Below are positions 20,153-29,952 of a stretch of DNA of 64,000 nucleotides, piece by piece. Position numbers and translations under genes: made by a program. Each line of letters starts with the position of its first letter. Within the stretch, counting starts at the first letter, position 1. Origin of the DNA: Candidatus Thorarchaeota archaeon (GTDB lineage: Archaea; Asgardarchaeota; Thorarchaeia; Thorarchaeales; Thorarchaeaceae); contig JAGSHN010000005.1 in the NCBI GenBank assembly GCA_029855935.1, positions 44,049 to 108,048 on the forward strand, written 5' to 3'. The notes under the pieces are model-generated. The model made no database searches and had not been told where the DNA came from. It saw only the letters and a program-made list of their open reading frames with translations.

Positions 20153-21958
20153 TCACTGTACGTCCAGAGGAGTCGCGCTCGACATCGATAACTCTTGGAA
20201 GAGTGACTCGAACTCCTGTTCCATCTTCTTCTCAATGGAGTCCATTATACCGTCAAAGCTGTCCCACGGCGCAATCTTCATACGTGCTATGTTGTCAAGG
20301 ACACTGAACTCGAGTATTCGCCGAACTGTAGCACCTATCTCCACAGCCTTGGTCATCTTGCGTGCAAAGTTGATGATGATCCTGAGCATTCTGTAGGTCT
20401 TCCTTATTGGGCAGTACGTGTCAATCTCATGAAGCGCACTCTGAGTCAGAAAGTCTTCCTTTATCATCCGCGCGGCCTCCAGAGTCGCGCGCTCCGACTC
20501 TGGCAACGCATCGGGGCCAACAAGCTGGACTATCTCTCTCAGCTCTTGGTCCTTCTGCAGAATCGCCATAGCCTCACGCACGAGATCGGGCCAGTCAGGA
20601 CCCAAGTGCTCCTTGTGCCACTTCTCAAGATTGGCCATGTACAATGAGTAGCTCGTCAGGGTGTTGATGGCTGGAAAGAATCTCCGGGCGGCGAGGTCCT
20701 TGTCCAATGCCCAGAAGACCTTGACGACTCGAAGAGTGGCCTGTGTGACCGGTTCTGAGAAGTCGCCCCCAGGGGGAGAAACAGCACCACAGATTGTGAC
20801 TGAGCCAAGACGGTCGTCTGACCCGAGAACTCTCATATGCCCCGCACGCTCATAGAACTGAGCAAGACGTGACCCGAGATACGCAGGATAGCCCTCCTCA
20901 GAGGGCAGCTGTCCAAGCCTGCCGGAGATCTCACGGAGCGCCTCAGCCCATCGGGAGGTAGAGTCTGCCATAAGGGCGACATCATAGCCCTGGTCACGGA
21001 AATACTCGGCAATGGTGGCTCCTACATATATTGAGGCTTCCCGCGCGGCGACAGGCATATTGGACGTATTGGCTATGAGGACCGTTCGCTCCATCAGAGG
21101 ACGCCCACTCTGCGGGTCCTTCAGCTGGGGCCATTCCTCAAGCGCCTCAGTCATCTCATTCCCGCGTTCGCCACACCCAACATATACAACGACTTGAGCA
21201 TCAGCCCACTTTGCGAACTGATGAAGAGTGACTGTCTTGCCAGTCCCAAATCCCCCGGGGATTGCGCCCGTACCACCCTTTGCTTGCGGCATAAACGTGT
21301 CAATGACGCGCTGACCTGTAATGAGGGGGGTGTCCATAGGGACTCGTTCCTTGAACGGTCGCCCGACACGGACAGGGGTGCGCTGCATCATAATGACATC
21401 ATGCACATCACCCACTGCATCCTTGACTCTGCAGATTGTATCGACCACCGTATAGTCACCCTCATCGACGATCTCAACAATCTCGCCCTCCACACCGAGA
21501 GGTATCATTATTCTCGACGTGATTATTCCAGTCTCAGGGACCTCTCCGATGATGTCGCCGGGAACAACTTTGTCCCCCACCTTGACAGTGGGATGGAAAT
21601 GCCATTTCTTCTTCTTGTCGAGACCCTCGACAGTCAGCCCACGTGAGATGAAGTCCCCAGACATCTTCTTGAGCTCTGGGAGAGGACGCTGAATGCCGTC
21701 ATATATGGAACCAAGAAGGCCGGGGCCCAGTTCCACTGAGAGAAGGCCACCTGTGGCAATGACGGGTTCGCCGGGGGCGACTCCGGAGGTCTCCTCATAG
21801 ACCTGAGTGGTGAACTCCTCCTCACCCACCTCGATCACTTCGCCGATCAGCTTCTCGTGCCCCACATGGACAACCTCATACATCTTGATACCGTAAATCC
21901 CACTGCATCGCACTACAGGCCCAGAGATACTCTCAATGCGTCCCACTCTCTCGTTCAT
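20153..21958 (-). CDS. atpA: A/V-type ATP synthase subunit A
   Basis: GGFGTGKT, GCGERGNE, DSTSRWAEALRE; start at MNERV behind GGTGA; no intein. Confidence 0.97.
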   Translation of the reverse strand: MNERVGRIESISGPVVRCSGIYGIKMYEVVHVGHEKLIGEVIEVGEEEFTTQVYEETSGVAPGEPVIATGGLLSVELGPGLLGSIYDGIQRPLPELKKMSGDFISRGLTVEGLDKKKKWHFHPTVKVGDKVVPGDIIGEVPETGIITSRIMIPLGVEGEIVEIVDEGDYTVVDTICRVKDAVGDVHDVIMMQRTPVRVGRPFKERVPMDTPLITGQRVIDTFMPQAKGGTGAIPGGFGTGKTVTLHQFAKWADAQVVVYVGCGERGNEMTEALEEWPQLKDPQSGRPLMERTVLIANTSNMPVAAREASIYVGATIAEYFRDQGYDVALMADSTSRWAEALREISGRLGQLPSEEGYPAYLGSRLAQFYERAGHMRVLGSDDRLGSVTICGAVSPPGGDFSEPVTQATLRVVKVFWALDKDLAARRFFPAINTLTSYSLYMANLEKWHKEHLGPDWPDLVREAMAILQKDQELREIVQLVGPDALPESERATLEAARMIKEDFLTQSALHEIDTYCPIRKTYRMLRIIINFARKMTKAVEIGATVRRILEFSVLDNIARMKIAPWDSFDGIMDSIEKKMEQEFESLFQELSMSSATPLDVQ

Positions 21959-21983
21959 CGATTCTATCACCACGGCGGGGGAG

Positions 21984-22307
21984 TCATATGTCGATCTCGA
22001 TACCAACTGCGCGGCGCACCAACTCCTTGAGGACCTTCTCGTATGCGCCAGTGGAGCCACTGCGATCGGGAATGAGCACTATGACCGGCACCGGTGACAC
22101 AGACAGTTCGAGTATGGTCTTCTCGACCGTCTTTGCAAGAGGCTCGGTGATTATTATCAGCCCCATATCGGGGTCACGAAAGTAGTCCACTAGGGCCTCT
22201 CGTGTCTCGTCCGGGTTGGACGGTATCGTTGACTCCTTGACACCAGCCATTCTGAATCCGATGACTGTATCACGGTCACCGATAACTGCGATCTTGTCAT
22301 TTATCAT
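21984..22307 (-). CDS. atpF: A/V-type ATP synthase subunit F
   Basis: KIAVIGDRDTVIGFRMAGV...VRRAVGI. Confidence 0.93.
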   Translation of the reverse strand: MINDKIAVIGDRDTVIGFRMAGVKESTIPSNPDETREALVDYFRDPDMGLIIITEPLAKTVEKTILELSVSPVPVIVLIPDRSGSTGAYEKVLKELVRRAVGIEIDI

Positions 22308-22387
22308 AGGTGGACCCGCACCACAGTTGCGTCTTGCAGGTTCCATAGGCGTCATGATAAAAACAATTTGGATTGGCGAAGTTCAGC

Positions 22388-22882
22388 TCACCGTTCCGTG
22401 AACTGACGGATGATCTCTTCCTCGTCCACTATTGTCCAGCAGTACAGGCACTTCAGGCGGGTTGGCTTTCGAGAGATCACCTGATACTTGGCAATGATGG
22501 GTTCTCGAGGCTCGTTTGTTATGCAACGGGTATTGGGACAGACCACAATGTCCGTAATCAGGTCAGGGAGCCGGACTCTGTTCTTCTCGACCACCTTTGC
22601 ATCGCGGATTATGTTGATCGTCGCCTCAGGCGCAACTAGGGCGATCTTTGCCACCTCGGGCGTTTCGAGAAACCGGTCCTCAAGCTTCACGATGTCCTTC
22701 TGACCTATTCGCGAGCTGGATATGTTCATAGCGATTGTAACTATGCTGCCCTCCTTTCCGGTGATGCCGAGAATCTGGAGGACTTCGAGGGCATGCCCGG
22801 CGCGAATATGATCGATGACAGTACCGTTGTTTATCTTCACAATACGGATATTGCCTATCTTCTCGCTGCTCAAGGGCCTCAC
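22388..22882 (-). CDS. pyrI: Aspartate carbamoyltransferase regulatory chain
   Basis: NGTVIDHI, KDIVK, CPNTRCITN, CLYC. Confidence 0.95.
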   Translation of the reverse strand: MRPLSSEKIGNIRIVKINNGTVIDHIRAGHALEVLQILGITGKEGSIVTIAMNISSSRIGQKDIVKLEDRFLETPEVAKIALVAPEATINIIRDAKVVEKNRVRLPDLITDIVVCPNTRCITNEPREPIIAKYQVISRKPTRLKCLYCWTIVDEEEIIRQFTER

Positions 22883-23045
22883 ACCGTGTTGGTCGCAGCA
22901 GACACTATATGTGACCGGCTGAGCAAACTCAGAGCTGCATTGGATTTATGGCTTGTGCAGCAACACAGCCGAGCATCACCATAACAGAACCGAAGGTTGA
23001 TATGTGGAGTCTAGAGAGGTCGAGGAGAAGACTGGTGATTGACCG

Positions 23046-24389
23046 ATGGTACTAGAGAGTCTTGGCAGGGCGCTCAACTCGGCACTGAAGAAACTCTTTG
23101 GAGCCAGCGTTATCGATGAGGAGCTCGTAAAGGAGCTGGTGAGGGATATTCAGAGGGCCCTCCTGCAGGCCGATGTCGATGTCAACCTGGTGATGGAGAT
23201 AACAAAGCGAGTCCAGGAGCAGGCCCTCGCGGAAACCCTGCCAAGAGGCATCTCGAGAAGAGAGCATATCGTGCGAGTCGTCTGGGACGCCCTTGCTCAC
23301 TTTCTGGGAGAGAAGGCCGTGCCGCTGACCATACATCCAGGCCGGCCCAATGTGATAATGCTCGTCGGTATTCAGGGATCAGGGAAGACCACGACAGTGG
23401 GGAAGCTTGCACGGTACTATCAGAAGAGGGGCATCAAGACTGGAGTAGTCTGCGCGGACAACTTCCGTCCGGGAGCATACGACCAGCTCAGACAGCTGGC
23501 CGAACGATCACACGTTCCCTTCTACGGTGATGAGAGAGAGAAGAATGCCGTGAAACTCGCCAAGCGCGGCGTTGAGGAGATGAAGAAGAAGGGAATCGAG
23601 CTAATCCTCGTTGACACCTCTGGTAGGCATCGTGAGGAAACCGGTCTAATCAAAGAGATGCGGGACATAGCCAAGGCAATCAAGCCACAGGAGATAATCC
23701 TCGTAATTGATGGGACTCTGGGGCAACAGGCTGGCGCACAGGCTGCCGCATTCAAGAGGGCCACTGACATCGGATCAATAATAGTGACGAAACTGGACGG
23801 TGGCGCCAAGGGCGGCGGTGCACTCTCTGCCGTCGCGGCGACCGGTGCGCCCATCAAGTTCATCGGCGTCGGAGAGGGGATGGATGCGATAGAGCCCTTC
23901 AACCCGACCAAGTTTGCAGGCCGTCTGCTCGGGATGTCGGACATCCGGGGACTCATTGAGAAGGTCCGAGAGGCGCAAGTTGAATTTGACGAGGACGCGG
24001 CCAAGCGTCTGATGAAGGGGCAGTTCACACTGACGGATATGATGGCCCAGCTGAGGCAACTCAAGAAGATGGGGCCCATCGGAAAGGTGATGGAGATGCT
24101 GGGTCTGAAATACAAGCTGCCTGAGGATGTGGCTCAGTTGCAGGAGCAGACCCTACGGAAGTTCGAAGTCATAATGAACTCGATGACCAGAGAGGAACTC
24201 GACAACCCCAAGATCATCAAGTCGTCACGGATTCAGAGGATAGCCCGAGGGTCGGGGACCTCACCTCAGGACGTGAGAGAGCTGCTCAAGCAATATGAGC
24301 AGATGAAGAAGTTGATGAAGAGCCTCGGAAAGCAGCGTCGCGGCAGGAGAGGCGGGTTCCCAGCGATTCCGGGCCTACCGGGGATGTAG
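23046..24389 (+). CDS. srp54: Signal recognition particle protein SRP54
   Basis: GIQGSGKTTT, DTSGRH, TKLDG, Met-rich M domain, SRIQRIARGSG. Confidence 0.97.
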   Translation: MVLESLGRALNSALKKLFGASVIDEELVKELVRDIQRALLQADVDVNLVMEITKRVQEQALAETLPRGISRREHIVRVVWDALAHFLGEKAVPLTIHPGRPNVIMLVGIQGSGKTTTVGKLARYYQKRGIKTGVVCADNFRPGAYDQLRQLAERSHVPFYGDEREKNAVKLAKRGVEEMKKKGIELILVDTSGRHREETGLIKEMRDIAKAIKPQEIILVIDGTLGQQAGAQAAAFKRATDIGSIIVTKLDGGAKGGGALSAVAATGAPIKFIGVGEGMDAIEPFNPTKFAGRLLGMSDIRGLIEKVREAQVEFDEDAAKRLMKGQFTLTDMMAQLRQLKKMGPIGKVMEMLGLKYKLPEDVAQLQEQTLRKFEVIMNSMTREELDNPKIIKSSRIQRIARGSGTSPQDVRELLKQYEQMKKLMKSLGKQRRGRRGGFPAIPGLPGM

Positions 24390-24397
24390 CATTCAAC

Positions 24398-24988
24398 ATG
24401 TCAGTCCGGCGGTTCGTCCTGTGCCTAGAGAGTCTCCGACTAGAATGGGACGCCATCAGACGCGGAGACAATCCTCGGGATGTTGTGGTGGCCTGCCGGT
24501 GTGTGAACGCAGGGCTCTTTGTGTCAAAGGATATCCGTAGGGATGTGGAGGTGGTCGTACTGTATGGCCTTGCCGATGACCTGACGGGCATAGTCTTTCC
24601 AGGGGATGGGCTGAGAAGGGTGTCACCGGACGAGAGGTCGATATCTTTCTTCCTCAAGAAGGCCAGTGAGCGTGCGGTTGACGTTGACCACGGGAGAACG
24701 AGGCGGCTTGACAACGGAATCATTGTGATCCACAGCGACATCGATACACTAGCACAAGAGTGGAGTCGTTCTGGCCTCTATGTTGTAGTCCCTAGAAGCG
24801 ATTCCTCAGGCATGGGTATTACGAGATTCCATGGGACGTTCGTCGTAGGGGTCAGTGGGACCATCTTCGAGGCATTAGTCAACCACCAAGAGGCCCAGCG
24901 AATCGTTGGTAACCATAGTCCAGAGAGATGGATTGTGGAGATTAATTGGCGGGCGGACCGCGTCCAAGGGATGACTTCGGAAATTTGA
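24398..24988 (+). CDS. TrmY-like tRNA (pseudouridine54-N1) methyltransferase, divergent
   Basis: DVVVACRCVNAGLFVSKDIRRDV, SPDERS; follows srp54. Confidence 0.65.
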   Translation: MSVRRFVLCLESLRLEWDAIRRGDNPRDVVVACRCVNAGLFVSKDIRRDVEVVVLYGLADDLTGIVFPGDGLRRVSPDERSISFFLKKASERAVDVDHGRTRRLDNGIIVIHSDIDTLAQEWSRSGLYVVVPRSDSSGMGITRFHGTFVVGVSGTIFEALVNHQEAQRIVGNHSPERWIVEINWRADRVQGMTSEI

Positions 24989-25040
24989 TAATGGAACGCT
25001 CTTAGAGTGTCGCGAGCAAGCCTTCTGGGCGTGAGTACCC

Positions 25041-26216
25041 GTGCCGACAAATGTGTCACCCGAATTTGACCGCCAGCGTCAGATATACGAGGACACAGAG
25101 GATCTTGAGCAGAGGATAATAGAGCTTCAGAAGCTGCTCGCACTGGCGCCCAATCACAAGGGCGCAGAACGTATGATTGCCGACTACCGGAAGAAGCTCG
25201 CGAAGCTGAAGGCCGAGCTTGAGAAGCGTCGTGAACAAGAGAGAGCAAGGAGGAGCGCGGCCGCTGCAGAGGGCGCGATAAGGAAGGAGGGAGCTGGTCA
25301 GGTCTGCCTCATTGGCGTGACCAATAGTGGTAAGTCGACACTCATCAATGCGGTCACGAATGCGGAACTCGAGGTTGCGGACTATCCTTTTGCGACCTCC
25401 GTGCCCATCCCCGCCATGATGGCCTACGAGGACATCAGCATTCAGCTGGTCGAGCTCCCAGGTCTATTCGAGGGCAGCTATGACTCCAGTATCGGAAGAC
25501 AAGCACTCGCACTGGCGCGCAACACGGACCTCATTGCAATAGTTGTTGATCTATCCCAGGACATAGAGTCACAGATGAAGATAATCCTTGGAGAGCTTGA
25601 TAGGGCACGAATCAGACTGAATCGCGAGAGGAGCGCCGTGAGGGTGGAGCGTACCGGGACGGGGGGAATCATGGTCTATGGTGTCCATAACTTTGAGGGG
25701 ACGCGCGAGGAGGTTGTCGAGTTTCTCAAGAGCCGCAAAATCAACAACATAATTGTGCGATTCCAGAAGCCAGCTACATTTGAGAACTTGATTGATGCGC
25801 TCGACTCGAGCGTGGTGTTCGTCCGTGCCATGATCATTGCAACGAAGGGAGATATGCCCGGCTCGAGGGAGCGTTTTGAGGAGCTGAGGGCCAAGTATGG
25901 CAATAGGTTCGACATAGTTCCCGTCAGTGCTCTGAGAGGAGAGAATCTCGACGTAATGAAGGACGCCCTCTTCGACCACCTAGACATCCTCAGGGTATAT
26001 ACCAAGGCACCAGGCAGGAAGAAGGAGGACAAACCTATAGTCCTGCCAGAGGGATCTGTCGTGGAGGACGCGGCAGCCAAGGTACACAAGGAACTCTTTG
26101 TCAAGCGATTCAGGATGGCAATACTGTATCGAGAGAATGATAGAATCAAGAGAAGGCAGGTCGGCCTGAGCTATCCCCTACGGGATGGCGATGTTCTTCA
26201 GTTGCTTCACAGGTGA
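25041..26216 (+). CDS. DRG/Obg-family GTPase with TGS domain
   Basis: GVTNSGKST, ADYPFAT, TKGD, VSA, RVYTK, C-terminal TGS. Confidence 0.9.
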   Translation: MPTNVSPEFDRQRQIYEDTEDLEQRIIELQKLLALAPNHKGAERMIADYRKKLAKLKAELEKRREQERARRSAAAAEGAIRKEGAGQVCLIGVTNSGKSTLINAVTNAELEVADYPFATSVPIPAMMAYEDISIQLVELPGLFEGSYDSSIGRQALALARNTDLIAIVVDLSQDIESQMKIILGELDRARIRLNRERSAVRVERTGTGGIMVYGVHNFEGTREEVVEFLKSRKINNIIVRFQKPATFENLIDALDSSVVFVRAMIIATKGDMPGSRERFEELRAKYGNRFDIVPVSALRGENLDVMKDALFDHLDILRVYTKAPGRKKEDKPIVLPEGSVVEDAAAKVHKELFVKRFRMAILYRENDRIKRRQVGLSYPLRDGDVLQLLHR

Positions 26217-26255
26217 GCCCTCTGTGGTCCGTGTGTATAGAAGAGGCGCTGTAAT

Positions 26256-26993
26256 ATGAGCGTGCTGTCCAATGTGATTGTTGTCCTAGTCGAGCCCGAG
26301 TCGCCGGGGAATGTTGGATTCACGGCGAGGGCAATGGCCAACTTTGGAGTGGACAAACTCAGAGTGGTTGGTAGCGACCCTAGAAACGAGGACGAGGCAA
26401 TCATGTTCTCAGTCCACGCCAACAACATCCTTCAGTCGGCTCAAATCTATCCAACGTTGAACGAGGCGATCTCAGATGTTGACATTGCTTGGGCGGCCAC
26501 AGCAAGAGCAGGAGGCGATCTCAGTGTCACAAGGGTGGTGGTGCCGCTGGAAGAGCTCCCCAGTCCACGCAGTCTGCCCGGACGCGTTGCCCTCGTATTC
26601 GGGAGAGAGAGCAGTGGACTGACGACCGAAGAGATTCTCTCCTGCGATATCACATTTACAATACCAACATCATCCAGATATAGGAGTCTCAATCTCAGCC
26701 ACGCTGTTGCGGTGACTCTGTATCAGCTCTACCTGAGGGCCACGTCTGAAGAGGAGGACATTGAGCAGGTGGCTCACAGACTGGCCTCAAGAGATTCACG
26801 CGAGCAAGTATGTGAGTTCTTTGATGAGATTGTCGACGCCATACCTCTGAAAGACTACCGTAAGCCCATAGCAAAGCAGGTGTTTCGAAACGTCGTGGGC
26901 AGATCCTTTCTGACTGGTCGCGAGGTCACAACACTGACTGGCGTCATCAGGAAGATGAGAAACTACATCCTGAAGTGCAGTCAACGGGATTAG
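26256..26993 (+). CDS. TrmJ-family SPOUT RNA methyltransferase
   Basis: GNVGFTARAMANFG, LVFGRESSGL, SLNLSHAV. Confidence 0.92.
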   Translation: MSVLSNVIVVLVEPESPGNVGFTARAMANFGVDKLRVVGSDPRNEDEAIMFSVHANNILQSAQIYPTLNEAISDVDIAWAATARAGGDLSVTRVVVPLEELPSPRSLPGRVALVFGRESSGLTTEEILSCDITFTIPTSSRYRSLNLSHAVAVTLYQLYLRATSEEEDIEQVAHRLASRDSREQVCEFFDEIVDAIPLKDYRKPIAKQVFRNVVGRSFLTGREVTTLTGVIRKMRNYILKCSQRD

Positions 26994-27541
26994 TCAGGGC
27001 CGTAGCCGAGCTTGCGTTTCAGCTCTGGGTCTATCTTTTCAAAGACGATCTTGCACGGCGTCGGAAACTTTGGAGCGGCCTTCTTCAGTGCCTCTCGCGC
27101 CACCGCGATGTGTTCGCGATTCACACGGATTGTTATCAGCGGCTGACCGGGCCGGACACGCGCTGCAGAACCGATGACCTTGCCAAAGGCCTTCCGCATT
27201 CCGTCCTGCACGCGGTCTGCTCCCGCGCCGGAGATCATCTTGTTCTCCCGCAGATAGTGGTATGGTTTCACGCGGATACGAAGATGGTAGTTCTTCCTCG
27301 TGGCACGGCGAGTCATATGACGGTTTGATGCGACACGTGCCGCCTCAAGAGCCTGATGACGAATCTGACATCTCTCAAGGGCAATCAGAGACAGTGTGAC
27401 CTCGAAGTCGCCAGAGGTGTTGCCCATATCAAAGCTCACAATTCGACTGGCGGGTCTTCTGTGGATGTACTCTTTTCGTACGAATGGAGGTCTGTCACAG
27501 AGCCTGTAACAATGACCAGGTCGTTTTCCCATATCTGCCAC
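26990..27541 (-). CDS. rpl10e: Ribosomal protein uL16 (L10e)
   Basis: KRPGHCYR, ALEAAR, LRENKM..GAGADRVQDGMRKAFGK. Confidence 0.97.
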   Translation of the reverse strand: MADMGKRPGHCYRLCDRPPFVRKEYIHRRPASRIVSFDMGNTSGDFEVTLSLIALERCQIRHQALEAARVASNRHMTRRATRKNYHLRIRVKPYHYLRENKMISGAGADRVQDGMRKAFGKVIGSAARVRPGQPLITIRVNREHIAVAREALKKAAPKFPTPCKIVFEKIDPELKRKLGYGPD

Positions 27542-27689
27542 CTAGTTTAGATGATGGTATCAGGCCTTGAGCGGCTGAAGTCAGAGTCACGCTCTGAGGA
27601 CCGAATAAAAGGATTATGGCGTGGACCGAGAACCTGCGACGATTCTCTATGCGTCCGGCCGGACCCAGCGGTGCTCAGAAACCAGTAGT

Positions 27690-28622
27690 TCAGCTGCTGA
27701 TCGAGGCCATGATGAGGATCGGGAATATTATGGTGGCGTCACCAATCACGGTTTCAAAGTTCGAGTCCTCACGTATCTTCTGCCAAGAGATTCCCTCGGC
27801 CAGTGGTGCACCACTCAGACTACCGCCCTCGGGACGGTCCAGTGTTATCTGCACAGCGAGGTCCAGACCGCCACGGAGGATGGTGCTTCCCATCGTGAAA
27901 TGCTTTGAAAGACCACCACCCAGAATGATGGCCCCTGTACGTTTGGCAGACCGCACCATCTCTGCGAGGATACGGAGGTCCTTGACGAAGTCCAGTGAGA
28001 TGGAGGTCATAGTGCTGTAGGTGAACAGATGAAACCCGAGCATAGAGTCCATCAGGCCGGGAGAGAAAATGGGGACACCGCAAACAGCTGATTGGTACAC
28101 GAATGAGGTGGGGTCATTGAGTGTCAGACCCAGATCCCGCAGGAACTCACTGGGCGACATCCCGTTGTTTCGTTGTTGGATGGTGAGTCCGTCTAGAAAC
28201 TCATAGACCTTCTTCTCGAGAGTTTCAAAGTCTTTCTCGCGCACGGAGATATCGCCGATGCGTCCCATCCCCGAATGACGAAGTGATACGTCTGTGCTCT
28301 CGTGCGTGACTCTGTAATGCGCCCCTCCGAACGCCTCGATCAGATCGTGTACAACGTTGGCACCGCTTGTGACTATCACGTCCACATAGTGTCTCTCAAC
28401 AAGATAGCTGACGATTCGACGAAGGCCTCCGGGAATCAGAGGGCCCGACATCGCCAGATACGTGAGGCAGTCTTCATCCTCAAACATCTGTCGAATAATA
28501 GATACTGCCCGACCCAGCCTACCGGCACCGAGAACGCCCACCGCACGAAAGGCCTCTCCAAGATCCCCCAGGGAAGAGATCTCTGCGGGGTCGATATGAT
28601 GGACTCTGTGCAAGAAACACAC
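27690..28622 (-). CDS. dys: Deoxyhypusine synthase
   Basis: VTSGANVVHD, RIGD, IILGGGLSKH, GSLSGA..EGISWQKI, GDATI. Confidence 0.93.
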   Translation of the reverse strand: MCFLHRVHHIDPAEISSLGDLGEAFRAVGVLGAGRLGRAVSIIRQMFEDEDCLTYLAMSGPLIPGGLRRIVSYLVERHYVDVIVTSGANVVHDLIEAFGGAHYRVTHESTDVSLRHSGMGRIGDISVREKDFETLEKKVYEFLDGLTIQQRNNGMSPSEFLRDLGLTLNDPTSFVYQSAVCGVPIFSPGLMDSMLGFHLFTYSTMTSISLDFVKDLRILAEMVRSAKRTGAIILGGGLSKHFTMGSTILRGGLDLAVQITLDRPEGGSLSGAPLAEGISWQKIREDSNFETVIGDATIIFPILIMASISS

Positions 28623-28913
28623 CCAGCTGTTGACCTGAGTGACTCAATAAAAGAGATTCGTAGCACAGAAGAATAAGGAGCGCGAGAGCAGGTCAGTTCC
28701 GGGAGGGCTCGACCGTGTCTCGCGCGGTTGGGTCAAGTCAGACGTGATTGAGCATGTCAGGCGCGAGTAGAAATGTTGCGGCGGCTGCCTGTACATCTAG
28801 ACGGACTCGTATGGCCCGGAGAGAGATGACCGAAAGTATCTGTGCGAACATGTAGCAAGTCTTAAATGTGGACCAGAAGGCGTGAACGAGAGTCCAACCG
28901 TGAGGAATTCGGA

Positions 28914-29198
28914 ATGTCCGAGAATGGTATCCTGAAAGGCCGTCGAGGTGTTGTGACGAGCTACCGCAGGGGAAAGCATCTCATTCACCCCAATCAGGTG
29001 CTACTCCAGTTCGATGGGATTGATACTAGGGCGCAGGCGGCCACGCTCTCAGGGCGCAAGGTAAAGTGGGTCTCTGAGAACGGCCGGGAGTTCTTGGGAA
29101 AGATATTGGGACCCCACGGCAATAGCGGAGTGGTACGTGCCAAGTTCAGAACAAATCTGCCCGGCCAAGCAATCGGCACTCCTGTCTACCTGTTGTGA
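28914..29198 (+). CDS. rpl35ae: Ribosomal protein eL33 (L35ae)
   Basis: SYRRG...HGNSGVVRAKFRTNLPGQAIG; start at MSENG. Confidence 0.93.
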   Translation: MSENGILKGRRGVVTSYRRGKHLIHPNQVLLQFDGIDTRAQAATLSGRKVKWVSENGREFLGKILGPHGNSGVVRAKFRTNLPGQAIGTPVYLL

Positions 29199-29370
29199 AC
29201 GCTATGTCGATGCCGTACCAAGTTTTATGAGGATTGCCGAGAGCAGTTGATGCGGCTCCAATGATGCAAAAGGCTATCCGAGGGCAAGAGCCCGACGACG
29301 AATCATAGTTAGGCTGAGGAGCCAATTCTTCAACAAATGCCGCCCATATTGCCTTGGAACGTGAGATCAA

Positions 29371-29952
29371 TTGCTGGAGTGGACGATCTACTTCTCTCTG
29401 TACTGGTTGGCTGGCTTCTCACTTAAGATTGGGGATGAAATGCTGGATACTCTCCATAGAGCACGGATGTCGCTGATCCCCCTATCACTTGCCGGACTGA
29501 CATTCGGAGTACTGATGTCCACCTCACAGTGGGACCTAGTTCTTCTGTGTGCAATCATCATAGGAGTGGTCGTTTCAGGAAAGATGAACAGAGTGCAGTT
29601 TATAGTAGGTCCTGTGGTGATTGGGATCGTTCTACTCATCTTCGGACTGCCCGAGATCACTGATGCCTATGTTCTGGTCTTCATACTTGTCGCCCTGCTC
29701 CTCGCGGCCGCGGCAGACGAGATGGGGAACGACTGGGCTGACAAGAAACGCGAGGCAGGTATCTTGGTCCGCTTCTTCAGATACAGATTCGGACTCAAGC
29801 TCTGCGTTCTCGTGATAGCAATAGGAGTACCATCATTCCTTCCAGCAGCACTGGGGCTATGGCTCTTGGATGTGGGCTATGAGATTGCAGCTGCGACTAT
29901 GAACCGCTCGTCACAACATGCTCAAAGGCCAGACTACAGCATACATCAATAA
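29371..29952 (+). CDS. Hypothetical membrane protein
   Basis: About six TM segments; LKIGDE, GKMN and ADEMGND motifs. Confidence 0.6.
   Translation: MLEWTIYFSLYWLAGFSLKIGDEMLDTLHRARMSLIPLSLAGLTFGVLMSTSQWDLVLLCAIIIGVVVSGKMNRVQFIVGPVVIGIVLLIFGLPEITDAYVLVFILVALLLAAAADEMGNDWADKKREAGILVRFFRYRFGLKLCVLVIAIGVPSFLPAALGLWLLDVGYEIAAATMNRSSQHAQRPDYSIHQ

Noticed and set aside
20153-21958. Intein in AtpA (also considered for Cdc48 and Hef)
   Set aside because: Lengths are normal and there are no splice-junction or homing-endonuclease motifs.
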